This document shows positions 1 through 17,039 of a stretch of 64,000 bases of DNA, one piece after another (positions within the stretch are counted from its first letter, which is position 1; each line of letters begins with the position of its first letter). The stretch is from the human T2T-CHM13v2.0 reference genome, Homo sapiens. Both the position numbers and the translations under genes were made by a program. The notes under the pieces are model-generated. The model made no database searches. It saw only the letters and a list, made by a program, of their open reading frames with translations, and was not told the origin of the DNA. The stretch lies in NCBI RefSeq assembly GCF_009914755.1, contig NC_060934.1; one strand, written 5' to 3'.

Positions 1-14
1 CTGGGGCTGCAGCC

Positions 15-182
15 ATGGGGCTGGGTCAGCCCCAGGCCTGGTTGCTGGGTCTGCCCACAGCTGTGGTCTATGGCTCCCTGGCTCTCTTCACCACCATCCT
101 GCACAATGTCTTCCTGCTCTACTATGTGGACACCTTTGTCTCAGTGTACAAGATCAACAAAATGGCCTTCTGGGTCGGAGAG
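15..182 (+). CDS. MFSD13A: MFSD13A/TMEM180 coding exon 1 (aa 1-56); upstream non-coding exons lie outside the window
   Basis: Kozak gccATGg at 15; [11 protein letters not shown]...AFWVGE; donor GAG|GTAGGG; the 8 exons join to 1554 nt = 517 aa + stop. Confidence 0.95.
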
Positions 183-529
183 GTAGGGCCAGTGCTGGGT
201 GGCTAACATGGAGGAGGGGGTGGGGTGGAGACTAGAGGCTGCCCAGGCTGCTGGGCAGATTGCAGGTGCCTGGTCCCACCCAGTCAAGAGGCCTGGGCAG
301 TCCAGGTTGTTCACCAAGACTCATCAAGAAAAGCTGTGGAGGCCTTGATGACTCCTCCTCGATGGGGACTAGACTAGCTTTCCTGGCCACTGTCTTACAT
401 AGTTGCTGTTCTGTGTACTCATATATATAATATGTTCACGTATATGAATTTATCAGCTGCATACATTTACCAGCTGGGCCCTGGATGGGTGGGAGTTTGA
501 AGGGGGCAGTGGTTTGACTGGCAGAGTAG

Positions 530-825
<296 letters not shown>

Positions 826-980
826 CAGAGTGGGTTTTAGCAGAGGAACTGACACCAGCAAAGGTTTGCAGGTAGGAAAGCTGGGGCCATCTTTCAGGGG
901 TGGTGAGCAGGCTGAGGGGGGAGGAGCCCTGGAGAGGATGCTGTCTAGAGCCCACCTTCCTGTCTCCCCTCTGCCTGCAG

Positions 981-1063
981 ACAGTGTTTCTCCTCTGGAA
1001 CAGCCTCAATGACCCTCTCTTCGGTTGGCTCAGTGACCGGCAGTTCCTCAGCTCCCAGCCCCG
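981..1063 (+). CDS. MFSD13A: MFSD13A coding exon 2
   Basis: Acceptor ctgcctgcag|ACA; [27 protein letters not shown] (GPH-family motif); donor CG|GTTGGT, phase 2. Confidence 0.93.
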
Positions 1064-1652
1064 GTTGGTGTATTGGGAACAGCTCGTAATTGGTTCAGTC
1101 CCACCCTACTGCTACCCAGGAGGGAGGACCCCTGCCTGTGTTTGGGGTGGGGAAGGAAGGGGAGACTATTTCAGTGTTGCCCATGGCTCTTCCCTTACTG
1201 GGGTCCAGGGTGCTCTGTTTGGGTTGGAGAGGTGGCCTTGGACGTACACTTGCCTGGCTCGGCAGGGGAAGAGATCTACCCTGGCTTGGCTTGGCTGGCC
1301 CCTCTGGACTGTGGACTGCAAACACCCTCTGCTGCTTCTGGAAGATTCCTTTGCCCCATCCCTGCTTGAGCCCGTCATCACCCCCAGCCTTGAGAAGTGG
1401 GCATCCCATACCCTTTGGCCATCAGCCCAACAGGCTAATAAGGGGGTGGAAATTGGGGCAGAGGAGGAGAGTGTACCCACTGGTGAGTTGTGCTTCCTAA
1501 GTTGCAGACTGGGGACTTAGGGGACAGTGGCACCACCCTGTTGTGAGTCCCACACCCTGGGCCTCCATCCCTCCCCTGGGGCCTGGGCAAGGGGAACTTC
1601 AGCCTGCCAAGTCTGACACGGCATCTCCCAACAACTCTCCTTTCCCCGGCAG

Positions 1653-2105
1653 GTCAGGCGCCGGGCTCTCCTCAAGGGCTGTGGTGCTGGCCCGGGTGCA
1701 GGCCCTGGGCTGGCATGGGCCGCTGCTGGCGCTGTCGTTCCTGGCGTTCTGGGTGCCCTGGGCCCCAGCTGGCCTGCAGTTCTTGCTGTGCCTGTGCCTC
1801 TATGATGGCTTCCTGACGCTCGTGGACCTGCACCACCATGCCTTGCTGGCCGACCTGGCCCTCTCAGCCCACGACCGCACCCACCTCAACTTCTACTGCT
1901 CCCTCTTCAGCGCGGCCGGCTCCCTCTCTGTCTTTGCATCCTATGCCTTTTGGAACAAGGAGGATTTCTCCTCCTTCCGCGCTTTCTGCGTGACACTGGC
2001 TGTCAGCTCTGGGCTGGGCTTTCTGGGGGCCACACAGCTGCTGAGGCGGCGGGTTGAGGCGGCCCGAAAGGACCCAGGGTGCTCAGGCCTGGTTGTGGAT
2101 AGCGG
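1653..2105 (+). CDS. MFSD13A: MFSD13A coding exon 3
   Basis: Acceptor tttccccggcag|G; 453 nt with several hydrophobic helices; donor GG|GTGAGT. Confidence 0.93.
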
Positions 2106-2249
2106 GTGAGTGGCCAGCCCCGGCTCTTCAGGTCCTCACCAGCAACCTTCTAAGTCTGATTTCCCCGGCTGATGGGGGCTGCCCTGGGATGTGTTGGGGG
2201 ATAACTCTGGCCAGCCCCAGGCAGTTCTCCACTCCCTTCTGCCCCATAG

Positions 2250-2373
2250 CCTGTGTGGAGAGGAGCTGCTTGTGGGCAGTGAGGAGGCGGACAGCATCAC
2301 CTTGGGCCGGTATCTCCGGCAGCTGGCACGCCATCGGAACTTCCTGTGGTTCGTGAGCATGGACCTGGTGCAG
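2250..2373 (+). CDS. MFSD13A: MFSD13A coding exon 4
   Basis: Acceptor ccccatag|C; LCGEELL...SMDLVQ; donor CAG|GTATGG. Confidence 0.93.
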
Positions 2374-2454
2374 GTATGGGGAGCAGCTCCCGGCCCCTCT
2401 ACAGCTGGGCTGGACTTCACTCAAGGGGACAGACTCCTCAAGAGCTGGGAACTC

Positions 2455-4101
<1,647 letters not shown>

Positions 4102-4545
4102 AGGGACAATCTTTTTAAGACACCAAGTGCTGCCGGGTGCAGTGGGCATGGGGGGCAGGGTGTGGTGGGTGTTGAGGGGGGCGGAGGCTGTGCTGGTGTG
4201 GGTCCTCTTGGAGATGGTGGCACCCTGAGGGGGTGCAGTGGCTGGTTAACACAGAGGAATATCATCTGATGGGCCTGGGTGTGAGTCTTGACTCTGTGCT
4301 CATTTGGTGGGCAGCCTCAGGTGGGTTAGTTCATCTTTTTGGGCCTCTCTTTCTCATCCGTAAAGTGGGGATGATAATAGTACTCACCTTAAGGGGCTGT
4401 GAAGATGAACTAAGACAGTGAAGCTCTTAGCACAGAGCCCAGTGCATCGCTAGTGTACAGGAATGCAGTCGGCTGTGAAGCTGATGGCGCTCACTGGCAC
4501 TGCAGCAGTGCCCTTGACAAGGTGGCTCCCCGTCTTCCTCCCCAG

Positions 4546-4717
4546 GCCTCTCCTATGTCGCTCCCCATCTCAACAACCTCTACTTCCTGTCCCTGTGCCG
4601 GCGCTGGGGCGTCTACGCGGTGGTGCGGGGGCTCTTCCTGCTCAAGCTGGGACTTAGCCTGCTCATGTTGTTGGCCGGCCCGGACCACCTCAGCCTGCTG
4701 TGCCTCTTCATTGCCAG
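4546..4717 (+). CDS. MFSD13A: MFSD13A coding exon 6
   Basis: Acceptor cttcctccccag|GC; [23 protein letters not shown]...; donor AG|GTATGC. Confidence 0.93.
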
Positions 4718-4794
4718 GTATGCCCCTGCCCACGCTCCCCGCAACACCTCCATCCCATGCCTTCATTCCTGCCTGCTCTCTCCCTCTACTGCAG

Positions 4795-4988
4795 CAACCG
4801 CGTCTTCACTGAGGGCACCTGTAAGCTGCTGACCTTGGTGGTCACTGACCTGGTAGACGAGGACCTGGTGCTGAACCACCGCAAGCAGGCAGCCTCGGCA
4901 CTCCTCTTTGGCATGGTTGCCTTGGTGACCAAGCCAGGCCAGACCTTTGCCCCGCTGCTGGGCACCTGGCTGCTCTGTTTCTACACAG
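4795..4988 (+). CDS. MFSD13A: MFSD13A coding exon 7
   Basis: Follows a 77-nt intron; [12 protein letters not shown]...[10 protein letters not shown]...; donor G|GTGAGG. Confidence 0.93.
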
Positions 4989-5149
4989 GTGAGGGCCTGG
5001 TAGCAGGCAAGGGCTCTTAAGGCTCCAGGGGGCACAGCTTACCTGGCACAGTGGCTGGCAAGCCTGGGCTCTGGGTCCAGTGACGGAAGGTGGCAACTGG
5101 CGTCCCCTCAACATGGCTAGAGTCACTGGGTCACCGATTCCGCCATGCT

Positions 5150-6620
<1,471 letters not shown>

Positions 6621-6698
6621 CACACCATAGACTTGGAGGGCACCAAGGCTTGGAGGACAGTGGGCTGACCATGGTCTTTCTGTGCTCTCTTGTCCTAG

Positions 6699-6961
6699 GT
6701 CATGACCTCTTCCAGCAGTCCCTCATAACCCCTGTGGGGAGTGCCCATCCCTGGCCAGAGCCCCCAGCTCCAGCCCCTGCACAGGCCCCGACGCTCCGCC
6801 AGGGCTGCTTCTACCTGCTGGTGCTGGTGCCCATCACCTGTGCTCTGCTGCAGCTCTTCACCTGGTCCCAGTTCACGCTGCATGGGAGACGCCTGCACAT
6901 GGTCAAGGCCCAGCGCCAGAACCTGTCACAGGCCCAAACCCTGGATGTTAAGATGGTGTGA
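6699..6961 (+). CDS. MFSD13A: MFSD13A last coding exon, stop TGA 6959-6961
   Basis: Acceptor ctcttgtcctag|GT; [11 protein letters not shown]...TLDVKMV*. Confidence 0.93.
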
Positions 6962-7020
6962 GAGCTGTGGCAAGGTCACCCCACTGAGGATGCTGCTGGC
7001 AGCCTGGGGAAGGAGCCAGT

Positions 7021-7481
7021 TTTTTTTGGTTTTTTTTTTAAGGATTTCATAGTTTTTTTTTTTTTTTTTTGGAGATGTTGCCCAAAAAAATGGATCTGTT
7101 GCAGTGGTGCAATCTGGGCTCACTGAAACCACCACCCAGGTTCAAGCAATTATCCTGCCTCAGCCTCCCGAGTAGGTGGGATTATAGGAGCGTGCCATCA
7201 TGCCCGGCTACTTTTTGTATTTTTAGTAGAGACAGGGTTTCATCATGTTGGCCAGGCTAGTCTCAAACCCCTGACCTTAGGTGATCAGCCCGCCTCGGCC
7301 TCCCAGAGTGCTGGGATTACAGGCGTGAGCCACTGTGGCCAACCTAATTTTTGTATTATTTAGTAGAGACAGGGTTTCACCACATTGGCCAGGCTGGTCT
7401 CGAACTCCTGACCTCAAGTGATCTGCCTGCCTTGGTCTCCCAAAGTGCTGGGAATACAGGCATGAGCCACCGCACTCGGCC
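7021..7481 (-). mobile_element. Composite antisense Alu (full Alu plus extra left monomer) in the MFSD13A 3'UTR
   Basis: Alu consensus inside one TSD aggagc(c/t)agtttt. Confidence 0.88.
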
Positions 7482-7994
7482 AGGAGCTAGTTTTACCAGC
7501 ATCCTGCTCCACTGCCTTCCTCTAGTGCAGCCTGGAAGACATGGCAGCGGGTAGCTCCTGGGGCTGAGCCAGAAGCATCACTGCAGTGAAAGTCTCTGCT
7601 TACCTGTCTGGCTCAGCTTGGGCAAGGGCTGGGCCATATGTGCTCAGGGACGTGCTTCTCTTGTAAGGCAGGAGGATAGAAGAGGACCAAGAAGGGAGGG
7701 GGCTGCCCTGTGGTGCACACAGGCCTGCCATGGGGCGTGGGAGCCCATCCCGCTGCCTGACTGGAGCTGGCCGCTGTGGTGGACTCAGGAACCACTTTTA
7801 ATACTGCAACTGCTCCCTTTTGCCCAGTCAGGGAAAGCTGACTGTAAGTCCCACCTCCCACTCCGTCCACCCTTCTAGTGGTTTCTCTGAGAGGTTTCTC
7901 TGCTTCGGCTGTGCTTGAAGTGGCATGCCTCCTCTGCTGCAGGGCTCCCCCACCCCCACACGGCCTCTAAAGATGTTTATTTCCTTATAGACTG

Positions 7995-8000
7995 ATTAAA
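7995..8000 (+). terminator. MFSD13A: Probable MFSD13A polyadenylation signal ATTAAA; cleavage near 8020
   Basis: ATTAAA followed about 25 nt later by a GT-rich element (gtctgtgctgtgtgagtgagtggt). Confidence 0.7.
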
Positions 8001-8129
8001 GTCAGCCATTCTTTTTCCTCAAGTCTGTGCTGTGTGAGTGAGTGGTGGGTTGCTGGGGTTGAGAACCAGGATTCCTTACTGACTAGAAAAAGCCCCTGAG
8101 AGCATTTTTCTGAATAAGAGTGGTAGGTA

Positions 8130-9315
8130 GGCCGGGCGCAGTGGCTCATGCCTGTAATCCCAGCACTTTGGGAAGCCGAGGTGGGTGGATCACCTGAGGT
8201 CTGGAGTTTGAGACCAGCCTGAGCCAGCATGGCAAAACCCCATCTCTACTAAAAATACAAAAATTAGCCAGGTGTAGTGGTGTGTGCCTGTAATCCCAGC
8301 TACTTGGGAGGCTGGGGCAGGAGAATCGCTTGAACCCAGGAGGAGGAGGTTGCATTGATCGCGCCACTGCATGCACTCCAACCTGGGCGACAGAATGAGA
8401 CTCCATCTCAAAGAAAAAAAAAACCCACCTTGGTGGGTTACCAAGATGCCAGGGAGAAAAACATAGATTGGTAACTGCATAGGCACTCGGGCCCAAAATG
8501 ACCATTAGGCCTCAGTGCATTTCCCATGTATCACTGCTGGACATGGTAGTCAAAGAGAGAGGAGCCTCTTTTAGGCCCGAGGTTCTCAGCCTTGGGGTCC
8601 CCTGGGGAACTTAAAAAATACTGACATCTCAGTTCCATTCCTTGGGATTCTGACTTAATGTGTCTGGGGTATGGCCTGGGCAGTAGGATTTTGAACATCT
8701 CTGTAGGTGATTTTATCATGCAGCTGGCACTGAAAACCATGACTCTCAGCCACCATTTCTCAACCTTGGCACTAGCACTGGAGATATTTGGGGCCAGATT
8801 GTTCTCTGTTGTAGACATTTAGCACCCCCCACCCCACCCCACACACACACCAGTTGCGACAAACAAATACATCTCCAGGCATTGCCAGATGTGTCCTGGG
8901 AGGCAAAATTGGTTCCAATTGGGAACCACTGCTCTAGGCCAATGGTTTTTTACAGGCTGCATGGTGATTAAAAATGTAGGCTGTAGGTTCTATGGCCTGG
9001 GTTTACATTCGGGATTAAGAAAGGCCAGCGCTGGGCACGGTGGCTCACACCTGTAATCCCAGCACTTTGGGAGGCCGAGGCAGGCAGATCACCTGAGGTC
9101 AGAAGTTCGAGACTAGCTTGGCCAACATGGTCAAACCCCATCTTTATTAAAAATATGAAAATTAGCTGGGCACAGTGGCAGGCACCTGTAATCCCAGATA
9201 CTTGGGAGGCTGAGGCAGGAGAATTGCTTGAACCCAGGAGGCAGAGGTTGCAGTGAGCGGAGATTGAGATTGTGCCTCTGTACTCTAGCCTGGTGACAAA
9301 GTGAGACATGATCTC

Positions 9316-9346
<31 letters not shown>

Positions 9347-9873
9347 GAACTTTGGAAAATTGCTTAATCTTTCTGTGGCTCCAAATCCTTATCTGTAAAA
9401 TGGACAACAAAAGCACGTATATTTTGTAAGGTTATTGGGAAGATTAAATAGTTACCATTTGGCAAAGACCTGGCAATTTTCCTCCCAAGTGCAGGTTTTA
9501 AACGGAGAAGTGATTAATCAGGATATCTGAGTATGGGCCCTGGAAACTGCACTGTAATAAGCTCCTGGCCTTCTTCTTTTTTTTTTTTTTTTTTTTGAGA
9601 CAGAGTCTTACTCTGTCGCCCAGGCTGGTGCGATCTCAGCTCACTGCAACCTCTACTGCCCGGGTTCAAGCGATTCTCCTGCGTCAGCCTCCTGAGTAGC
9701 TGGGATTACAGGCGCCTGCCACCACGCCCGGCTAATTTTTGTAGTTTTTAGTAGAGACGGGATCTCACCATCTTGGCCAGGCTGGTCTTGAACTCCTGAC
9801 CTTATGATGCACTTGCCTTGGCCTCCCAAAGTGCTGGGATTACAGGTGTGGCGTGAGCCACCGTGCCCGGCCA
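8130..9873. mobile_element. Intergenic repeats: + Alu 8130-8423, MER5A-like ~8578-8742, MER20-like ~8749-8935, + Alu 9030-9342 inside a MIR, - Alu 9570-9873
   Basis: Recognisable fragments (ggttctcagcctt...gaaaacca; tctccaggcattgccagatgt...gaaccactg; ctgtaaaatgg). Confidence 0.75.
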
Positions 9874-10228
9874 AGCTCCTGGCCTTCTTATTCACTTGAC
9901 AGTTTTGAGAATCTTTGATTTCAGGGATGTTGAGAGCTGCTCCTGTCATCTGGAGTTGAGTCTCACCCATGGGCTACAGTGTACACAGGAGTGGGACCTT
10001 CTGTTCTTGAACTTAGGCTGTGGTGTGATCACCCTTTTCTCTGCATCCACCTGACAGGCTGGGACTTGGGCTATGCTCTGGACAAGGCTGGCTGGTGCAA
10101 TGATGCCCTCTAGAGGATGGATCAGGCCCAGTCACCACCTCAGATTCAGTGCCTGCTGCTCTTCCTCTTTCCACTTGGCCCTGGTGACAGACAGATAGAG
10201 GCCCAGCTGACGTGTCTATCGGAACGAC

Positions 10229-10234
10229 TTTATT
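10229..10234 (-). terminator. ACTR1A: Probable ACTR1A polyadenylation signal AATAAA; 3'UTR about 1.6 kb (11841 to about 10210)
   Basis: TTTATT on + strand at the end of an Alu-free stretch downstream of the stop codon. Confidence 0.8.
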
Positions 10235-11841
10235 TCAGTACACTGGGCCCCACCAGGCAATGTGGTTTGTGCGAGGCTGTGCGAGGGACAGGCTTGGGCT
10301 AAGAGAAGGGAGGTGAGTTGGCTAAGCGCACTGCAGTCCGCGGGGCGCTACGTTGCTTTCACACATACCTGCTGCTGTGGCCCACACCTGGCAGGGGCCT
10401 TTGGTCATAGGACGGCGTGGGGGAGAATACTGTGTGAAGTCTGGGATTGGGGTGGGTCTTGGTGTCACAGGTGAGGGTGCCGGTGAAGACAGGCTGGCCC
10501 CAGCTTTGCACCATCTAGGCTGAAGGCCTTTGGACCACTCCTAGGAGTCAGGCCTGGCTCCATTAGCTCCTGGCACTCTGGTCTGGCCCACTCCCTCCTT
10601 AACCAAGCAGGTCCAAGGTCAAGAATGGCACAAGATCAGCCCAGAGGGGGCCTTCCCACCTCTACAACCTAGTCCCCTGGTCAGCTACAGTGGCAAAAGG
10701 CAACTTGGTAAATTGCAGCTTTCTCCAGTCTTAAGGGCACTGGCTCTCCAACACCCCTCCCTTGCTTAGGGGCCTCTGCCAAAGAAAAATTTTACCTCCT
10801 GTTTCAGAAAATCTAACCAGCAACCAGCCTGTTGATTCCAGGGCAGTGAGCAAGAGGAAAAGGGAGAAAGAGCCTGGTGGGAGTGTCTTTGAGTGTAGCT
10901 TCCAATCTCAAATGGTCCTGGAACCTGTGGACACTGTCAGCTCACCATCAGCTGGGAGAGGTGGGGCCCTGGAGGCTAAGCTTAGGTGCTGTAAACATTA
11001 GTGTAGCAAGGCAGGAGGCAGCAAGCTCCCTCTCTCCAGCCCCTAACTGAACAAACACTTCAATAAATAAAACGGTTTGAAGATGGCATTGCAACAAGAA
11101 CAGATGGAAAGCGAGGTCCTGGAACCAGCAGGTGCCTTAAACTCTCCCAAGGCCCCCGAAAGGGGACTGGGCTGGGAACATTAACTCTGCAGCCATTCAG
11201 AGGGAGGACTGCTCCTGCCCTCCTCCAGTGGCCGGTGTGGTCCTGTTCCCTGGTGAACATGAGGGCCTCCTGCTCTCTCCTGACTCCAGTCTCTGTAATA
11301 GCTCTTGGGGTGCTTTTCCAGCCTCCCAAACCAAAATGGCAACAAAACCAGACAGAACTCAACCCCAGTCCCAGTCCTCAGTGTGCAGTCAGGAGGCATC
11401 GATAGTGGAGGCAGCAGCTGCCTGGGGCCTCAGGGCACCCTGGGGGTGGGGGTGAGGGTGGGGCCAGCCCAGCCTAGGATGGTCAGCAGCAAGGTCTCCC
11501 GGGGGATGGCTTACCTCCCTCTGTCTCCCTGTGGTAGTAAACGGAGTCCCCCACAGCCAGCCAGAGGCCACCTGAGGAGGGAGCACAGCCTCTGCCAGCG
11601 CTCTTCCCTGTCAGGAGCCAGTTAGTGGTCAACCCCAGGCCTCAGGCCATCACCACTGCAGGTAGTTCATCGTCCTTTCTGGGCCCAGGGTCCCAGGGCC
11701 ACACGGCACTCGCATGTGCACACACACTCATATCCACACACGCACTCACACACAGGCAGTTCCTCGCAAACACTCCGACTCAAGAAAGTGAGTTTTAAAG
11801 TGGAGTTAACTTCAGAGAGAGGTGAAGATGATGTCCCGACA

Positions 11842-12000
<159 letters not shown>

Positions 12001-12110
12001 CTACCAGTCCCCTGGGGCCAAACCAAATCAGGCTTTTCTTTAGAGGGTGCTGAGGGGTTATCAGTGCCATCACTTCCTGTTCTGTTCTTACTCCTGGAAG
12101 AGCTACTCAC

Positions 12111-12151
12111 CCAATCCACGTGGAATACAGTCTCTCCTGAGGTGCAGATAT
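12111..12151 (-). CDS. ACTR1A: ACTR1A exon 10
   Basis: ISAPQERLYSTWIG; GT-AG flanks; phase compatible. Confidence 0.95.
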
Positions 12152-12659
12152 CTGCAAAGGTGGGGGAAAGAGGAATCTGAGACTTCCAGCCCTCCCGCTC
12201 CCTTTCCCTACAATGCTCCTCTTTCTGCCCATGGCAGGGGATACATTTTACACAAGCCTGAAGCTCTGGCCTCTCTGGAGGGCACTGTGGCCAGCCTGCC
12301 ACTCATCTGGGGAAGCAGGTTTCCAGTCCCCACAGGTCCCAGGGAAGCTGGGACTATTGGGGGGGGCAGGGAGAAGCAGACTCCATGGCAAGAACTGTAC
12401 TCCTTCCTTTAGGATCCCCGCTCTCCTCAGACAGCCAACCTCCTTCACCTATCACTAAGGTGTCAGACTGTGTGACAGGGGAGCCACCTGGGCAGGGGGC
12501 ACAGCAACAGTAAGTCAGTCTCCTCTTAAGATTATAGTTTCCCTGAAAGATCACGCAGGGGGCCCTCTACCTAGTACCCTGCCTCATCTGGGTATTAGAA
12601 CTGCCTGCCTTTGGTGTGAAGAGGGAGAATGAGAACTCAGCCTCCCTGTGGCTGACCTA

Positions 12660-12905
<246 letters not shown>

Positions 12906-12908
12906 TCA

Positions 12909-13292
<384 letters not shown>

Positions 13293-13659
13293 TCAAGGGC
13301 TTAAAGGAACAAAGATAGGCCTCCTGGAAACTAGTGAGGGGAGGCTCCTATATTTCCTTCTCGCTCTGGCATTTTCCAGCCAAGAGGTCTTTGGCATCAG
13401 TACATGGATTTATTTGCTCATGGAAACGTCTTCCTAGCAATGGGGGTTCAAGGGAGTGGTAACTCACCCTACACTGCACCCAGGTGTGGTGAAGGATGGC
13501 ACTAACCATCCCACTTCCTAATCTCATACTGATGTGGGACAATCCCTTAGGAGCTTCCTCCCCTCTAGCGGGAGGGAGCAAAGTTCTGGCTGCCTCCTCT
13601 GCAGGAGACAGGGCCACTCATGCTCAGGAGCTCTGCTGCTCCAGAGAGAGGGTGTAAGG

Positions 13660-13881
13660 CTGGGGTGTCCAGTCTTTTGGCTTCCCTGGGCCACATTGGA
13701 AGAAGAATTGTCTTGGGCCACACATAATATACACTAACACTAATGACAGCTGCTGAGCTAAAAAAAAAAATTGCAAAAGAATCTCATAATGTTTTAAGAA
13801 AGTTTACGACTTTGTGTTGGGCCTTACTGAAAGCCATCCTGGGCCACGTGCAGCCCATGGGCCAGGGGTTGGACAAGCTTG
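13660..13881. mobile_element. MER30-like hAT DNA transposon
   Basis: ggggtgtccagtcttttggcttccctgggccacattggaagaagaattgtcttgggccacac...ttggacaagcttg matches recalled MER30 consensus. Confidence 0.8.
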
Positions 13882-13989
13882 GTGTAAAGGGACTGGCCTG
13901 CCAGACTCCAGACCCTGATGGAGAATTCTGGTTGGGCCCAGAGCTTTTGTGGACCTAAGGGGACCGAAGAAAGAAGGCAGGCCACCTAC

Positions 13990-14082
13990 CTCAATGGTGC
14001 TGCCATCAGGCAGGTAGTACTGAGCTTTCTCTGTCTCTAGCGTCTCATCCTTTTGGGGGTTTATGGATAGGTAACAGGCTCT
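13990..14082 (-). CDS. ACTR1A: ACTR1A exon 7
   Basis: [31 protein letters not shown]; GT-AG flanks. Confidence 0.95.
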
Positions 14083-14539
14083 CTGCAGATCCAAGCAAGA
14101 CAGTCAGGCTGGCAGGAAATCTGGTGCACATCCAGTCAAAGGCCCAGGGGAGGAATGTGCTGCTGCACAAACCTGTCTAAACGTTGTGATGGCCCCAATG
14201 GTCACTATAGCTGCTGCCCAGAAGCAGGGGCAGTGAGGTCTCTGTTGGCCTTCACTGGGTGGCATTTAGCATATGAGTTCTTAACCGCTCCACCTTCCTG
14301 ATGGGCAAGCTTGGAAACTTGGCCCCTGGATCCTAGGTCTGAGACCACAACCTAAGTTCAGCCCAGGCCCAGGCATCTTTCTCCTTCTACCACTCATATG
14401 GTTCTGGTCCTACCCAGCTCGAGTTTTCCCTATAGCCACAGGTGGCAGGAGGTTTCAGTTTACTTACAAAGACAAATGTTTTAAATGTATTATGACTTCT
14501 TCAAGGATGTTAAAAAAATAAAAATAAAAAAACCAGGAG

Positions 14540-14855
<316 letters not shown>

Positions 14856-15117
14856 CTATGTAATTTGCATATAAGGTATAAAAAACATACTGAGCCCCTA
14901 TGTAGCCATCACCCAACTGAAGAAATGGAAGCAGCTCCCTTTCCCCCAACAAGATGGCAGCACGTCAGGAAGGCGAATCTGTCAGTGTGACGTAGGGGAG
15001 ACCTGGCTGGGAAGAACAAGGCCTCACCAGGGACCCCCAGGCAGGTGCTTTGCCTGGCTTCACTGGCAGGTCACCAAGGTCCTGGGTGCTATGCTCCCAA
15101 CCCCCACTCCATCCCTA

Positions 15118-15423
<306 letters not shown>

Positions 15424-15761
15424 TTAGGGTTCAATGTCAGCTAAACTAAAGCTTGGGCCTGCCTCTCTCCAGGGTCTGTAGAATGGACTGGGTACTAAGG
15501 AAGCCCAGGTGTTGGAGCAAGCCATGAAATACCTGAACGGAAGTTGCTGATCTTCTCCAAGTTCCCTCCCCGTACCCAGAAGAGCAGGCCTTCCTGTCTG
15601 AGATGGCCTGGCCTTCAGCTGCTTCAGAGACCCAGCCTAGGGGCCAGTTTTAACTCTCTAGACAAAAGGCAAAAACCCTCAAATGTCAACAGGGGCCAGG
15701 CAGGAAAAGTAAGAGTAAAGAAAAATAAGAATATTTTTCACTTCCATAAAAAACAAAGGCA

Positions 15762-15831
15762 GGAGAAGACCCTGCTTTACTGGTTTGAGAGCCCGGGGAC
15801 CTTTGTCAGCCTCCCTCCAAAAAAAGGCAAG
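15762..15831. repeat. 70-nt local direct repeat, copy A (ACTR1A intron 5)
   Basis: 64/70 identical to 16777-16846; internally self-complementary. Confidence 0.9.
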
Positions 15832-16586
15832 TGAGGCAACTGACCCCCTGCTTCAGTGCGGAGAGGCCAACAGAGCATGGACAGGCTGTGGGGAGGGTGG
15901 GCTTGCCAGCCCCATCTCAAGTGGCAGCCGCTCTTCAGCTCCAGCTGATTTTTGCCCTGTGGGAATGTGTGCCCGACCTTCCCAGATCTTCCCATTTTTT
16001 CAGAGAAGCCAAAAATTTGGGTTTTGATGGGACACCTCTTGATTTTTAAATGCTGGCTCACAGTTTGTTAATGGGGTCAAATAAATCCCACGTGTAGGTC
16101 ACTTGTGGATAATCTCTGCCGTAGACCTCACTCTGGTGTGAGGTGGGGTAGGAGTGTGACAGGAGCCACGGGGGATGGGAACAAGGACTGTGGTGGCATT
16201 CGGATCATGGTTGTCTCACAGCCTGGCAGAGCAGCTGGCCACAGTAAGTGCTGAATAATAAGTGGACACATTACGGGGGCCTCCGGGAAGAGCTGCTGCA
16301 GCATGTGGCTGCCTCGGCAGGCCCAGCCAAGGCCTTGGGGACCAAACCCACTAGGAGTCCTGACACTGGGATATGGTCAATAGCAGCCACATGTCCTTCT
16401 TTGCTTTCAACTACGAAGCCTCAGTGCTCAGTTTCAGCAAAAGCCTCTCTCTCTTTCCCACCATCTTTAACCTTTCCCTAGCAGAGGGGGCTCAAGTTAC
16501 TCTGAACCATTCCAGAGGAGAGCCAGCCTCAGCTGTGCCAAAGGACTGCTTTCCCCGCAGGGGCCGGGCTAGCCAGCTGCTACTCA

Positions 16587-16846
<260 letters not shown>

Positions 16847-17039
16847 CTGTGCCTGTCAACTATCCCTGCCCAAGTAGTTTTCTCAACTTTTCAAGTTAAT
16901 GCCCACTTTAAAATTTCATTCTGTCCTCAGCTGTGCCCCCCAACTCCCCTCCTTGTCCTCCAAGATTGTTATACAGGCCCCTGTGTCTACTGTGTATCTC
17001 CAACTGTCAAGAAGATTTTGTGAAACTCTAAATTCCTGC

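Noticed and set aside
900-1520. 206-aa plus-strand ORF
   Set aside because: Only 981-1063 is the MFSD13A exon; the rest is intron read-through with no motif.
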